A stretch of DNA of 64,000 nt from Enoplolaimus lenunculus (GCA_030248215.1 JASANG010002509.1:558001-622000); one strand, 5' to 3'; counted from the first letter of the stretch, positions 1-14,128 are shown. Numbers and translations are program-made. Notes: generated from the letters alone by a model not told the origin.

Positions 1-663
1 CTTTATTTAGATTACTGTTAAAAATATTAATGGAGTGTGGTTAGGGCCTTGTGCGCTCCACCTTACAATCATAATCCTAGGCATCAGTGGCCGTGCTTAT
101 TTATAAAGGCATGTTCGATGGGAGACTGGGCAACATAAAGACTAGGCAAATGATTGGGCGTATGTTTACACAAATTGGTTAAATCCAAGCTTAGACTTAG
201 TTGCAAGCCTTTATAATTACCACGGAGCGCCTAAGTTTTGTATAAATGTGTAAGGTTTGAACACTGTCGAGGGATGTGTACACAAGCCCTGTCACATTAC
301 TGTAATTTTAATTTTGAAATTTGATAGAAATAAATCATGTGCTTGTCTTTTTTAGGAATTTCGATGACCATAAACGGTAGCAAGTGAGATTTCCATTGTA
401 CTGTACTTCTCGTCGCTTTACTGTGTTGATTAATCTCATTTAAGTTTGTATATTTTTGACAATATTTTCGCGGTACAATTTTATTCTAAAATGTATTTAA
501 TTGTTTAGAACAAATTTGGCACTGAACAATGGATTCGAATTTTTGTAATTCACCTGCTGTACTTTCTCTCTATCTGTAGACAACAAAATAACATCGATAG
601 AGGAAGCTTAAATAAGATTTCGGACATTGTGATAAACCACTTGTGGATTTTGATTGTTATAAG

Positions 664-1024
664 CAGGGTGCAACCGGAGGTGAAAAATACCGGAGTGGGA
701 GCTGGAGGTCAACGAAACTTGCCGAAGCCCGAAGTGAGGCGAAATTATTTAGTGCAAAAGATGGTTAATTAGTTAATTTTAGCCAATATCTGCAATATGT
801 TGTTAAGTGATTTGGTTTTACGTTAATTTTCTGGAAAATTTCGGAAATTTTTTCTGAAAATTGTGACAAAAGTAAAGCGAAACACACTAAAACATATATT
901 TTGCTAAATTCTGCAAAATTTTTATTACCGAAATTGCCGGACCCTCCGGCAAAAATTCTACTGGAGCCGGATCCGGAGGCCGATTTTCTGCCGGAGCCGG
1001 AGGCAGACATCCGGTTGTACCCTG
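664..1024. mobile_element. hAT-like MITE (CAGGGTGCAACCGGA TIR). Related copies near 2152-2560, 7060-7162, 8664-9085, 37690-38039, 42500-42790, 58738-59110, 59640-59846, 61257-61570
   Basis: CAGGG...CCCTG termini and an 8-bp TSD GTTATAAG/GTGATAAG. Confidence 0.8.
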
Positions 1025-1438
1025 GTGATAAGATTTGGGAGATTCTTGGGGCACAAAATGGCTCGGAGCAACAGTAACTAGGTTGAGAAAAAATTATGCA
1101 TTTAGTTGACGTTTTTATTAGGTGCGCTCCTGAATATGTAGCCCGCTGTGGTTTGATTCTCTGCTGTGTTCCTGGATGATACTTTGTAGATGGATTTTCA
1201 CATAGGTGGATGACTCCAAGGCTCTAACAGCAATGATTCCCTGCTAGTATTCAGGTGCGTCTATGTAAAATTTCTTAAATATATAGATGTATTAATATGT
1301 GTTAAAACTTCCATGCGTAACAATTTAGTTTTATAAAAGTATACACCTGTTTTTCGGATTTGATTACAAAAACCAGGAAGATTATCGCAATAATACTGAA
1401 CGTCGTTGCGAGTTTTTTTCTTGTACTTTGATTAAAAT

Positions 1439-1622
1439 GGCCAATGTAAAGAACTGGGGGAAACAGTGTTATATTCCTAAGCCTAAGCGTAAGAATGAGT
1501 TTATTTCTAAGCCTAAGCGTAAGCCTAAGACTAAGTCAAACAAAAAAATTAGTCTGAAGCTTAAGCTTTACTCTATTCTAGCCTCACACAAGAACGTTCT
1601 GCCCCTGATCTTTACATGGGCC
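1439..1622 (+). mobile_element. Merlin-like MITE family A with internal (GCCTAA)n. Other copies near 4818-5015, 9523-9776, 11100-11301, 12827-13031, 15746-15933, 18032-18234, 21097-21248, 22350-22521, 29045-29192, 31463-31586 (partial), 38901-39338, 44178-44353, 56320-56472
   Basis: TIR of about 27 bp, GGCC(A/C)ATGTAAAGA(A/T)CAGGGGCGGAAC, with GG...CC ends. 8-bp TSDs at several copies, e.g. CACAAAAT at 22350-22521. Confidence 0.85.
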
Positions 1623-3096
1623 TGTAAAATGAAGTGAACTGTTTTTATCGATAATCAGTTTCGTTTATCAAAAATTAAATAATTTTTGTACTTTGTTTGT
1701 TTGATTTAGGGTTTGAGCGTGCTATCTTGTATTTGTTCAAAAGTAGTTGACAGTGGGGAGTTCGCTGTAAGTACAAGCTAATTCTACGAACGTGGGAGAA
1801 TTTCAGAAAAAGTTGTGTCATTTATGATGCCGGTTCCGAGCAAAATTGTATTTTTCGCTTAATCCCTGCTCACAAAAAGTATACTGCGAACAGCGGAGTG
1901 CTAAAATGTGTAAGCAAAGTAATGGCATGAGAGCACTTACGCACATGGACAGTTCAAATTCATTGAACAACGTGAGAGCTCACTCAGACTCGAGCGTCTA
2001 AGCACTCGGTTGCCTCCTCTTGTACAGTCCCTGATAGATGCATGAATATATATACCTTTGTCAAAGTATTAACCGTTAAAATGTCGAAGAGAGTGTATAA
2101 GAGCCAAAGTACAACAAAATTCTAGGGATTTGGATGGGGAACCTTATTGTCAAAGTGCAACCGAAATTCCGGTTCCGGTAGGGATATCCGATATTTTTAA
2201 CTATCCGCTTCCGGTATATATAATAAATCCGGTATTTTTTCACTGGAATTTCCCGGTATTTTCAGTGTCTAAATTTTCTCTCATTTGAAAATTTAAGCAA
2301 AATTGGCGTATTCTAACCTATTTTCTAAATTGTCTCAGCGTGTGTTGCTAAAATTTTCAATTTGTGTCGGACTTCATAATTTACCATACCTTTTCAGCTA
2401 CTGCATTTGTTTTCGTATTTTGGCATTCTAAAATGTATGATTACACTTAAAGGCGATAAAGTAACGTTAAAAGTGAGTTTTCCGGTAAGTATTTTTGTTT
2501 TCCGGTTCCGGCATTTTTTAACTTCAGTTCCGGTATTTTATAACACCGGTTGTACCCTTTGTATTCGATACTGTTGTGACCCAAATAAGAGGGGGTTCTT
2601 ATTCTGAGTTCTAATCAATAGGAGTCCGTATCCCTAATTATCACTCAAGTGTTTGATGCAAGGCAGATAAATGTTTAATTCAACGGATAGTTGCAATACC
2701 GGATGTCAGTTCCGCCGGAAAAAACGGTTTTTTCCGGAAGAAAACGTTTTCCGGAAAAACGAAAAAATTGTAAATCATTTACTAATTCTTCCGCATGTGT
2801 AAAGAACATTAATGGATGATTTGTCTATTGAAAAAATGAGATTTTAGGGTTTAGGAGAATCAACTGTCTGTTTTATTAAGTATCAACGTGCGATAACATG
2901 ATGATAAAGCATATGGTGCACACTACATCGAGCTGTCATATACCTAAAAAGGTGCATATAAAATTTGTACCCCCAGATCAGGCCAGTAGTGGAACCCGTA
3001 TCCCCCTGCTTTATTCAACTGTAAGCGCCCATTCCTTTTGGTGTGGAGTAGACATTAAAACGCAGCTAGCAAAAAAATCAGTTCTGAACAGCGTTC

Positions 3097-3555
3097 CTTC
3101 AGACGGACTCTGTATAGTCTCTAAACAGAGTCACTTCGGACGGACTCTGTATTAGTCCCTAAACAGAGTCACTTCGGACGGACTCTGTATTAGTCCCTAA
3201 ACAGAGTCACTTCGGACGGACTCTGTATTAGTCCCTAAACAAAGTCACTTCGGACAGACTCTGTATTAGTTCCTAAACAGAGTCACTTCGGACGGACTCT
3301 GTATTAGCCCTAAACAGAGTCACTTCGGACGGACTCTGTATTAGTCCTTAAACAGAGTCACTTCGGACGGACTCTGTATTAGTCCCTAATCACTTCGGAC
3401 GGACTCTGTATTAGTCCCTAAACAGAGTCACTTCGGACGGACTCTGTATTAGTCCCTAAACAGAGTCACTTCGGACGGACTCTGTATACTCCCTAAACAG
3501 AGTCACTTCGGACGGACTCTGTATAGTCGCTAAACAGAGTCACTTCGGACAGACT
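3097..3555. repeat. 38-bp minisatellite, about 12 copies (GGACTCTGTATTAGTCCCTAAACAGAGTCACTTCGGAC)
   Basis: Head-to-tail copies with no unique spacers; one unit is internally deleted. Confidence 0.95.
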
Positions 3556-4607
3556 GATTGATTCTCTAAATGGAGTCACCTCTTACAGACTCTTTGCAAA
3601 ACAGATGTCCTTTCTATAACCTACTGACAATGTGGTATGTGCATGTGTGATTATGTGACAAAGTATACGCCGTTGGGTGACTTTTGAATAATTTACAAAA
3701 CTGCAATTGGGAACGTAGCGACTTGAATGTGGGTTCAATGTTTTACAGCAGAGTAGACAGTATAACGTGATTGACCCATCATAGAGAAACAGCAAAGTCA
3801 CAGGTAAATATAGTAATCACTTTATGATTAAGAAATATATGGTAGTAAAAGGATGCAATTGGAATATTAGTTGATTAGAAACCATTTGTTTCACATATGC
3901 TTTTCAACCATATAAAAATGCTGCGGAAAAAGGAGACACAACTCTTATCACCCTGTGTCGGCCTCTGAGGAGCCACCGTAGTTTTAGTAAAGTACGGTTC
4001 CGTTTACAAAACACCAGGTCCTTAGCTAGGACTTCATTTCGGCAGTGTATGAGATGAAGCAGGTTATTCTTAAAGTATGTAAATATGTGTTTTCCTAGTG
4101 TTTCCATAAATTTAGAAAAGGGCGTATCCTCAATTCCTATAATTGACGTACGTATCCAAAGGGGCCACTCCGGCCTAGGCACTCAAAGTGAATCAAAACT
4201 AAAATTTTGTAGTAAGGTTTAGCACTAAGCTGGCGTTTAGCTTCTCGTTCGCGAGTCGTTCCACTATTATATATCTCGTGCGGCTCCACATTTAAAAATT
4301 CCTGGGTCCGCCACTAATTCCTCTCTAGTAAACCAGCCTTCAAGATGACGGGAGCTTGAGAAAACCGAATTTCTCACGGTTTTCCGTGATGTTTTGTCAT
4401 TGTTTTGAGAGTAGTTTACTAAGATTAATAAAAACAACTTTCTTTCCGGTTTGCCACCCCCCCGTAAAAAACCATAACCGTTTTTTCCGTTGGTTTTTTC
4501 CGGTGCCCAACCCTGATTGTATATTGTTTTTGCGAAAAATTCCAAACATTAAGAAAATGACATATTAAAACTAAAAGAAATAATATTAAAAACAACGCTT
4601 GTTTGTT

Positions 4608-7600
4608 CTATTTTCGACCTGGCTTGCCTGCAAATGACGGTGCTGAACTGCAGTCGCATTTAACAAGCGCTTTGTGATGCTCTTCAATTAAGTGGTAGAA
4701 AGCTTTGCTAAGGATTTGCGGCGGTACGGATGCTTTGATATCAGCTTGAATGATTGATGTCACTTTTGATTTGTTTCCATCGCTAAAATAAAAAAAAAAT
4801 TATTTTAAAATGTTCTCGGCCAATGTAAAGAACAGGGGCGAAACAGTAAAGCATATTCCAAAGCATAAGCGTAAGCGTAAGAATGAGCATATTCCTAAGC
4901 CTGTGCCGAAGCCTAAGCCTATGCCTAAGCCAAGCAAAACAATTGGTCTAAAGCTTAAGTTTACTGTTTTCTAGTCCCACAGACAAACGTTCCGACCCTG
5001 ATGTTGCCATGGGCCATTTTCTCTGTAGAAATCAAATATACAACACAACTGAAATCGCACCGTTGATCTGAATTCGGCCGCTCGCCGTAATCCTAAATGT
5101 GTGTAGCATTTATCACCAGTCGGTTTCAGCATCAATCGGTGAATGATACGGGTTAAAATTGATTACGCTTGGTCAATGTGCCGAATTTAAAATCTGCCAC
5201 TGTTCTGGATCGACAGTTTCAGGGCCTATTCTGGCAATAAACGCTACACGCTGTAGATATTATTGTTACAGAAGCAAATTACTTATGAAATGAGTTTAGT
5301 TTGTTGTTTTATAATTTATATGGTGACATTAAATCGCAGGCATATCCGGAGAAGGGTCCATGTTACTTTTAGGGCCGTCCCGGTTTCAGGTGGGTCTCTA
5401 TAAGAGTAGACTTACATTCTAGACTACGTTTTTGCTTAGGTTTAGGCTTAGGCTTACGGATACGCTTTTGCAACGCTTAGGCTTTGACTTAGGAATACGC
5501 TTAAGCTAACGACCGTAAAAGTAACATTGGCCCGGAGAAGTATAAAGCAACGACTGTAACCTGTAACGTAATTATTGATATAAACCCCATTTTTATGTGA
5601 ACATTATTTACCGTACTATTAATACCTACCCCTCGACTTTTTCAATAAACGTTGCTGATGGATAATTAAACGCTCGGACTTTGCCGTCTTCCGGTGGATG
5701 TTGTGGAACGTCCACACTGCCTTCTGAAAATTGAACACGTAATTTAAAACGTTCACTGTGAAACTGAAATGCTCCTATAAATACAATAGTCAAATTTTAA
5801 ACGGTTGACAGCAGGGTACAAGTGAATCTATCTCGGGCTGCAGCGAAATATGCAGAAACAGTAGCGGTGATTTTGTAGCGTCATATTCTAATAAAACGTT
5901 CTGGTCCTGTACGCCTGTAGCGAGTCATCTTGCTGCATTGTGGGCACGTGTAGATATTTTGTACTATTTTTCTTGAAAGCTAAAAGACGTCAGAAAAAAC
6001 CTACCTTAATATCTGTACCCTTTCGTGTTTAAATGGTATATTTGCGTTTGTTTAAAGCCCAATTCACACGTGCAAGTTTTAGCCGCGAACTCGCAGCTGC
6101 AGCTTGCACGGAATACTTGCAGCTGCAAGTATTTTCTAAGGAACATTCCGATTGGCTAATCAAAAGGCAGGTGCAAGAAATTCAAATGACTTGCAACTGC
6201 ATTCACACCTGCGATTTAATTCAATAGCATATTATTCCAGTGAATAATTTGTAGCTGCAAGGACTTCAAAGCTGCTTTGTGACTAAACTTAATACACGTG
6301 CAAGTTGCTCGTGCAAGTTTTTGCTGCAAAAACTTGCACGTGTGAATAGGGCTTTAGTTTTTTTGCTGTATACAGACGCTTACGACAAATTGATTTCATA
6401 TCTCCGCCGTCAACCATTCGAACAGCTTGAATTGCGTCTCGGCCTTTTAAGATTCCTTCGAATGATGGCTTCATATAGTAGTGCATCAATAGACTATTCT
6501 GAAAAAGCGAAAACAAATAATTGCTACGGAAATTATACATTATTTGAGAGGCTGATTTTCATTCTCCGACTGATGCGGTTCAAGCTTGTGAGCGAAGCGA
6601 CCCAGAAGCCATTCGCAACTTTCGCACTAAGACCTCATGCAAAATTCGGGGTCTGAGCGCCGATGGCCAGCATGGCCGCAGCGGCTCCCTGTGAGATGTG
6701 CTCGCGAGCGGTATTAATTGGCTTACGTCGGACAATTCTTCTAACACATCAACCTTTTCAACATGTGGATTCCATTCGCAGTTTGGTGGATAAATAAAAT
6801 TGAACAAAGCATCCGGAGACACGTCCAATACTGATTCTATCTTGTATACTTTGCCGTTGAAATGAGGCGATTCGAATTTCGATATTTTAAAGTTTGGCTC
6901 CTAAAAGCAAAAAAACTATAAATTAATTGCAAGTAAAAAATGTATAATTAAAACAGCAACCGGGAAATTAGACTTGTTTAACACAGTTAATTTGAACGTA
7001 AACACTTTTTAAAAGACAAAGTTTCCAATATTTAAATGATTATAAATAATTTGCCACGAAACCGTAAAAATTCTGGTTCCTGCATCTTTGAATGCAGGAA
7101 CAGGAACAGGAATTGAATTTTGCAAAAATTCCAGCCTGAACAGGATTTCCGGTTGAACACTGATATTAGATAATTTTAGGTCTATGACTAAATGTGGAAA
7201 ACACTTTTCTCATCTAAGAAAAAATGTAATATAGTGACCTAACCATTTTAACAAAACATTTATTGAAAGCCAGAAAACATTTAATATTTTTATACGACCT
7301 ATACTTTTGAACTTATATTGCGATTAAAGAGCTAGGTCCGAAGCCAGCTCACCTTGCCGGTGGAAGAGGGGCTAAAAAATTTTAAAGAGGTGCATTTAAG
7401 TGTTTTCAATGACATACAAGCTAGTTGAAAATTTTTATAGAGGGCAAAATTTTTTCAGGCGGATCAGCCCCCCGCCATGGTCCCCATTGGCTACGGGCAT
7501 GTAAAGAGCACGTTGGAAGGTGAGCTGTAAATTATTGCTTACATCCTTCTTGTTTCGCCATGCGTACTTGTCAAATGCTAATTTTTTAGCTTCCGAACAA

Positions 7601-7641
7601 ATGCGATCGAGTTCTGTCGAAACTGCAGCGTTGTCAACCAT
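4608..7641 (-). CDS. START-domain lipid/sterol transfer protein, STARD4/5/6-like, about 218 aa. Exons 7641-7543, 6900-6727, 6498-6384, 5723-5630, 4782-4608
   Basis: Five GT-AG exons join in frame (657 nt, ATG to TAG). Motifs HFNGKVYK, EWNPHV, GILKGRD, SVDVPQHPPEDGKVRAFNYPS and SKVTSIIQADIKASVP resemble the STARD4/5/6 START fold. Confidence 0.88.
5355..5532 (-). mobile_element. Merlin-like MITE family B with internal (TTAGGC)n. Other copies near 14788-14948, 17732-17921, 18930-19134, 19492-19772, 20540-20660, 25379-25557, 32955-33159, 37370-37555, 57053-57212
   Basis: TIR GGCC(A/C)ATGTTACTTT. Perfect 8-bp TSDs CGGAGAAG (this copy) and CTTCCCTT (14788-14948). Confidence 0.85.
6055..6353. mobile_element. 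PIF/Harbinger (Tourist)-like MITE in a START-gene intron. Related copies near 18390-18655, 25820-26600, 39730-39950
   Basis: AGCCCAATTCACACGTGCAAGTTTT...AAAACTTGCACGTGTGAATAGGGCT with TAA/TTA flanks. Confidence 0.7.
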
Positions 7642-10600
7642 GTTTATTTTGATTATAAAATTAAATTTGTGTTACAATTCCATACACTGCAAAAAATTGC
7701 GAGTCAAAACTTGACTCTCTCCGAAATAGGCTTTTCCGGACTCAGTGAGTCGGTTTTGACTCTGGCGGAGTCGAATTTGACTCAGTTTGTGTGAGAGAGT
7801 CAATTTGACACAATTTTTGTGCAGTGCTAAAAACGTACCTTTTACAAATGCTATACTAAATGAAAGTGGTTGCAAAATTTGTATTGCCATAATCTCAAGG
7901 CATACTATAGTGACCCGGATGAGAGGGGGGACTGATATTTATTTGGCCTCACCAGAGGAAAGCCCCTGTTATTCAGATACGGAACGGACTGTTATTTATT
8001 TTCAACCCACGCTGCGTCGCCCTTCACTGCTGATATATATTCGGTATTGGAACTATCCGTTTAAATAAACGTTTATTTGTCTTGTTTCAATAGCTTGAGC
8101 GATAATGCAAGGTTATACTTAGGAATGTACTTTCAAAATTTAAGACGCTTTAAAGTTTCTAACTCAACTTTATTCCGACCTGCTGTCATTTACGCGCTAT
8201 AGGGATAATTGACATTTATGTACTCTATTAGGGTTTATAGGGACTCTATCCGCATACGGACTCTTATTAGGAATACGGACGCCAATTGATTGGGGCTCAA
8301 AATGGGACCCTCCCTCCTATTATCCCCCTCTTACTCGGTTGACTACAGTATGAGACAATGGAATATCAAGGTTTATTTCGTTAATGATGTAGGAATTATG
8401 CATTACATCTTCAAATAATGGTTACGACACGCGACGAATACTGTACTGTCATGTCCAATATATATACGTTTGACGGGTGTTTGTAGCTTGAATTAAATGC
8501 AGTATAAAACAAAATATCATTAATTATACGGTTAATCGACTGATCCCTATGGCGTTTACATCTTGATATCCCAAAGATGGCCCCAAAGTTTATAGATCCA
8601 TGAGTAAAGCCATATAACGCAATTTCTTGCGATCTTTTTTCAAAATTGTAGAATATACTACAACCAGGCTGTAACCGGATATCCGTTTCCGTTTCCAGTA
8701 AACATCGGTATCCGTTTTCGTTTCCGTTATGGAAATACCGGAAATTTGTTTATTTTTTATTTTCAAAATTAGTTATAAATTATGTAAATTGCTCGCAATT
8801 GTTTATTATAGATGTGCTGCGATTGTCCGAACTGAAACAAAAACTACAATATTGATCGATAATCTTAAAAATTTCAGTGCATACGCCATTTTGTCTTCAA
8901 AATTTTAGAAAGCCCAGCGAACATTTGTACGTCTCAATTATGTTGGCAGAGAAATAAAACCTATTTGAATCTTGTATATATACTTCAATATCCGTTTTCC
9001 GTTTCCGTTATTTTGAGCACTATCCGTTTCTGTTCTTTTGATTACTATCCGTTTCCGTTGTTTTTACTATCCGTTTACACGCTGACCTACAGCATATAAT
9101 TCGAAGTGTATAAAAGCGACATATCTTGTATAAACTATTTTATTCAAAACGAAAATATACAACAGTTCAAAAAAGCACACACCTTTATAATCGACTTCAT
9201 ACGCCTTAGTTGAGTTTGAAAAACGCTTTTTTACAGAATAAACATTTGAAAATACACGCTACCGTGTCCAAATACTTCCTACAACATCTTCGTTTGCAAT
9301 AGTCATAGTATTTGAATTTTTAAATTTCAACATTTTTATTTGCAAAATTTTCCGTCGCACAAAAAAGTTCTTTATTTCGCAATTTTATGTTATTGCAATC
9401 TCATATGGCAGTGAAAGTCGCTGGAAATATACCTAATTTTATGGTTCATTCTGTTTATACGTCTATGCAGGCAACTAAAAACGCGTAGGCAGGATTTGAT
9501 TTGGCTGCGTATTCCTTATTAGGGCCAATGTAGGGGCGGAACAGTATTATAAGCAAATATTCCTAAGCCTAAGCCTAATCCTAATTCTAAACCGAAGCGT
9601 AAGAATGAGCATATTCCTAAGCCTAAGCGAAAACCAAAAAGCCTATGCGTAAGAATGAGCATCTTCCTGAGCTTAAGCCTAAGCCTAAGCCAAGCAAAAA
9701 ATTAGTCTAATGCTAAGGCTTACTCGATTGTAGTCCCACAGAAAAACTCTCCGCAAATGATCTTTATATATAGGCCAAAAACAGTTTGCTAATTTCGTTT
9801 CACTCGTAGAAACGATACACTGTAAAAAATGGTTAATCAAATTAACTCTCTCCGAAAATGGCTTTTCCGGACTACACAAACTGGCTTAAATTTCACCCCA
9901 TTAGAGTCAAAATGACTCACCCTTAGTCGATCAACGAGTCGAATTTGACTCTGGCGGAGTCGAATTTGACTCAGTTTGTGTAGTCCTGAAAAGCCTACTT
10001 CGGAGAGAGTCAATTTGACTCACCATTTTTTACAGTTTAGGTTAACGCGAAGAGCCGATTTTGGAGAGCAGTGAAAAGTACGTATTATTTACCATGGTTC
10101 CCGGATTAATATATATCCTCGCTCGCGAGAAGTCGAATCGACACTTTAATTTGAATTGGGCCGATTCTTACGCAAAATGCGTTTAATTCACATGACGTAT
10201 TTCTGACTTACCTTCGATACTTGCGGTCAGTTCCCTATATAGGCGGTGGGCGGTGCTACATACCTATGAAAAACAAAAAAAATAAATTCCTCTATACCGT
10301 ATATATGTGTACCTACACTGCAAAAAATGGTGAGTAAAATTGGCTCTCTCAGGAATAGGCTCTACGGGACTACACAAATTGAGTTAAGTTCGACTCCGCC
10401 AGATACAAACATGCTACTCAGTAAGTCGAATTTGACTCTGACGAAGTCGAACTTGACTCAGTTTATGTAGGCCCGTTGAGCCTATTTCGGATAAAGTCAA
10501 TTTGGCTCACCATATTTTGCAGTGTACACTGAACTGAACACATGCGCAAAAAGACTCAAAATACCGTTGCTCAACGTTAAAATTCTGATGCGTACTTTTT

Positions 10601-13600
10601 TTGACTCAACTTCACCATAATAAAATACATCTTCAATTTCGAAACCCGCACTACGAATACGAACTTAAACTTGAATATTATTATTTATTTGCAATTATTT
10701 ACTAAAAACCGTCAAAATTGACGGTGACAACCTCGCGGTTACGACGAATACAGTATAGCAGACAGATGGACAGAGAAAGAGAGCAAAGAATATTAAAAAA
10801 CTTTACTATACTTCACAACGAAACGCTAGAATTTGGCAATATTTAAGGTCAAATCTGTCAAGGTATTTTCGTATTAAAATTGCATGAAAATGGATTGTAT
10901 AAAAACTAAAAAATGTATACGAATTTACGCATCAACTCTGCGTCAACGTATTGCTGATGAACGAGAGTCAGTTTGGGATACGTGCGCACAATGTTCAGTG
11001 GAAAGGAATAAACCGCAAAATGTAATTAATTTTGAGCTGTAACAGTGGCCCATGATACTACAGGGACGTTAAACGTTTTTCCACGGGGACCGTATTAGGG
11101 GCCCATGTATAAAACAGGGCCGGAACAGTAGTATAAGCATGTTCGTAAGCCTAAACGTAAGCCTAAGCCTAAGCCTAAGCGTATGGAAGAGCCTATTCCA
11201 AAGCCTAAGCTTAAGCCTAAGCAAAAAATTAGTCTAAAGCTTAAACTGACTCTATTATAGCCGCTCCGGAAAACGATCCGGCCCTGTTCTATACATGGGT
11301 CGCATTAGGTATAGTAAGACCATTGTTTTACTCCATTGAGCCGAATAAGAGGGGAAGACTGATATTTATTTGTCCTCTCTAGACGGTGCACCCCAGTTAT
11401 TCGGTTACGGACAGTTATTTATTTTTAACCCACGCTCCGCGACCCTTCGTTACTCTATAATATCCGGTACGGCAATTATCCGTTTAATTAAACGTTTATT
11501 TGTCTTGTGTCAATAGCCTGAGCGATAACGCAAGGTTATACTTTGAACGTACTTTCAAAACATAAGTAAGCTTTAAATTTCGAACTCAATTTTATTTGGG
11601 CCTGAAGTTATGCACTAAAATTAGAGACAATTAAAATTCATGGACTCGGGTTATGGACTCTATCCGCTTACGGACTTTTATTAGCGATAAAGATTCCTAT
11701 TGATTAAGACTTTAGGGTCAAAATAGGGACCCCGTCTTAATATTCAAGTCGTAGAGTAATTTTTAGCTTTAGTTTTAAATTTTGTTTTAGGCATAAGCTT
11801 AATACACTACTGTGACGCCCTGAAGACTAACATTGGCCGAAAAATTTGTACAGTTTAATAGTAAAGGCTATACTTATGTAAAATCAACTGGTATTTTAAT
11901 TTTTGATTAAAACTTCGTTATGAATGAAAAGTTTGAGAAGCGAAATTGAAATAATCTACAATAGAACTAAAATTGAAAAATGAAAACTTGTAAACTGTAT
12001 ATTTTATAATGTTGACCACGCAAGCACACTGGTGGAGCAAACTGCACTGCAAACAATGGTGAGCCAAATTGACTGCCTCCGAAATAGGATCAACTGGACT
12101 GCATAAACAGAGTCAAATTCGACGCCGCACGAGTCAAATGTGCACCTATAGGTGAGTTGAATTTGACTCTGGTGGAGTCGAATTTGACTCACCATTTTGC
12201 AGTGTGGCAGTAAAAGGTGCCATATTATAGTCTAGCGTAGTCTTTTCCTGTAAAAAAAAATTTTTTAAGTTTAACATTTTATGTTGAAAAGAAATATTGG
12301 CAAAATAGTTAGAAATTTATACATACAATGTTCGCTAGTGTTCCGCGTTTTTAAACACTTTTAAAAGTTTAATGTACCAAAATTTCTGTATTGTATAAAA
12401 CGACAATTTGAAACTCATTTTTGAGTACACTGCAAAAAATATTGAGTCAACTTGACTCTCTCCGAAATAGGCTTTTCCGGACTACACAAATTGAGACAAA
12501 TTTGACTCACCCAAGTTGCTAAATGATTCGAATTTGATTCTGGTAGAGTCAAATTTGGCTCCAGTTTGTGTAGTCCCGAGCCTATTTCGGAGAGAGTCAA
12601 TTTGACTCACCATTTTTTGCTGTGTACACTTTCCAAATTTATTGTTAAAATTAGCAAATTTAACAAATCTTTTTTATTCCCTAAAATTTTAGTCGATCAC
12701 TCAGACTACACATTTTATCACCTTCAATTGCATCGTAATATTCACACTGTTTCTCTTTAACTTTTGTATGCCGACATACCATTTTATACGCCAAAAATAC
12801 ACAAAAAGACGTGTGCAGCCAGTTTAGGCTCATGTAAAGATCAGGGGCGGAACGTTTTTCTGTGGGAGTACACTACAAGTAAGCTTATGACTTAGACTAA
12901 TTTTTTGCTTGGCTTAGGCTTTAAGCTTAGGCTTATAAATACACTCTACGCTTAGGCTTAGACTTAGGCTTAGGCTTAGGGTTAGGAATAGGCTTATATA
13001 AACAGTTCCGCCCCTGTTCTCTACATTGGCACCAGTTGAGAACATTTTCGACTGCGGAAACACTAAATTTATACAGCCACAGCATCTGTTTGCCATATGA
13101 CACAACACAGCAAATCGCTCTGCCAAAATTGGCTATTTTATTGATTTTTGGCACGTGTGTATAATACGCACAATTTTTGTTATTTAGATGTAACGGAAGC
13201 ATGCGTTTAGCGATCAAGGTTCCAACCGGAACGTAATATTGACTGAATCGGAATGCAAATTTTGTCGCAATTTCAGCGCCAGAAACGGAATCCGGTCGGA
13301 ACTCATTTAAATATAACCTAACCTACAAAAAGCTAAACTAAGACGCAGTTAGCATCGTTTAAAAGGTAATTTAACATCTATTAAATCGCTAGTTTAGGTA
13401 TCATTTCCTTTGATATTATCTTCCAAGCAGTAGTTAAAATAGCCCATTTATTCACGGCGTAAACGAACTTTGTGCTTGAAATATTGGCGTCTTAGAGTAT
13501 AAATTAGTGTTTAGGGCTGAACAATTAACAAACTAAACAAACCACCATATTAATCTTATTTGCTATATGAAACGCAGGAAAGAGAAATAGGGGCGTTCTG

Positions 13601-13809
13601 TGTGTTTCGAAAACGTTAGAAAAATCAGAAAAAAGTCTTTTTTCCAGCTTAAATACTGTTCCGCCCCTGTTCTTTACATTGGCCCATGAGGCATCCCATG
13701 GCGTGGCATTGGCTTGCTTTTGCATGCACAATGTAGTTAAGTATTCAACGCGTGTCTACTGAAATATATCCGAGAATCAGACATTCGGTATCTGCACATA
13801 TTCTATGCA

Positions 13810-14128
13810 TTTACTAAAAACAGCTGAGAATTTTGCAAGTTTTACTAAAAACAGCTGAGAATTTTGCAAGTTTTACTAAAAACAGCTGAGAATTTTGCAA
13901 GTTTTACTAAAAACAGCTGAGAATTTTGCAAGTTTTACTAAAAACAGCTGAGAATTTTGCAAGTTTTACTAAAAACAGCTGAGAATTTTGCAAGTTTTAC
14001 TAAAAACAGCTGAGAATTTTGCAAGTTTTACTCAAAACAGCTGAGAATTTTGCAAATTTTACTAAAAACAGCTGAGAATTTTGCAAGCTTTACTCAAAAC
14101 AGCTGAGAATTTTGCAAATTTTACTAAA
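13810..14128. repeat. 31-bp minisatellite, about 10 copies (TTTACTAAAAACAGCTGAGAATTTTGCAAGT)
   Basis: Near-perfect tandem copies with variants toward the 3' end. Confidence 0.95.

Larger units (their letters stand above)
11..1790 (+). pseudogene. Possible decayed pogo/DDE_1-like coding remnants
   Basis: Fragments LTIIILGISG, VLIYKG and ALTAMIP are bounded by splice-like sites, but contain stops and no continuous frame. Confidence 0.2.

Noticed and set aside
1428..1637. ORFs rich in PKPK or LSLSL/LGLG (also 12914-13217, 31463-31666, 33007-33228, 56208-56408)
   Set aside because: These are translations of the GCCTAA/TTAGGC arrays inside MITEs.
3097..3555. CRISPR-like array of palindromic 38-bp repeats
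   Set aside because: Units are head-to-tail with no unique spacers, there are no cas genes, and the context is eukaryotic.
6279..6656. 125-aa plus-strand ORF
   Set aside because: It is antisense to START exon 3 and overlaps a MITE end; no recognisable domain.
13810..14128. CRISPR-like 31-bp repeats
   Set aside because: No spacers; it is a simple minisatellite.
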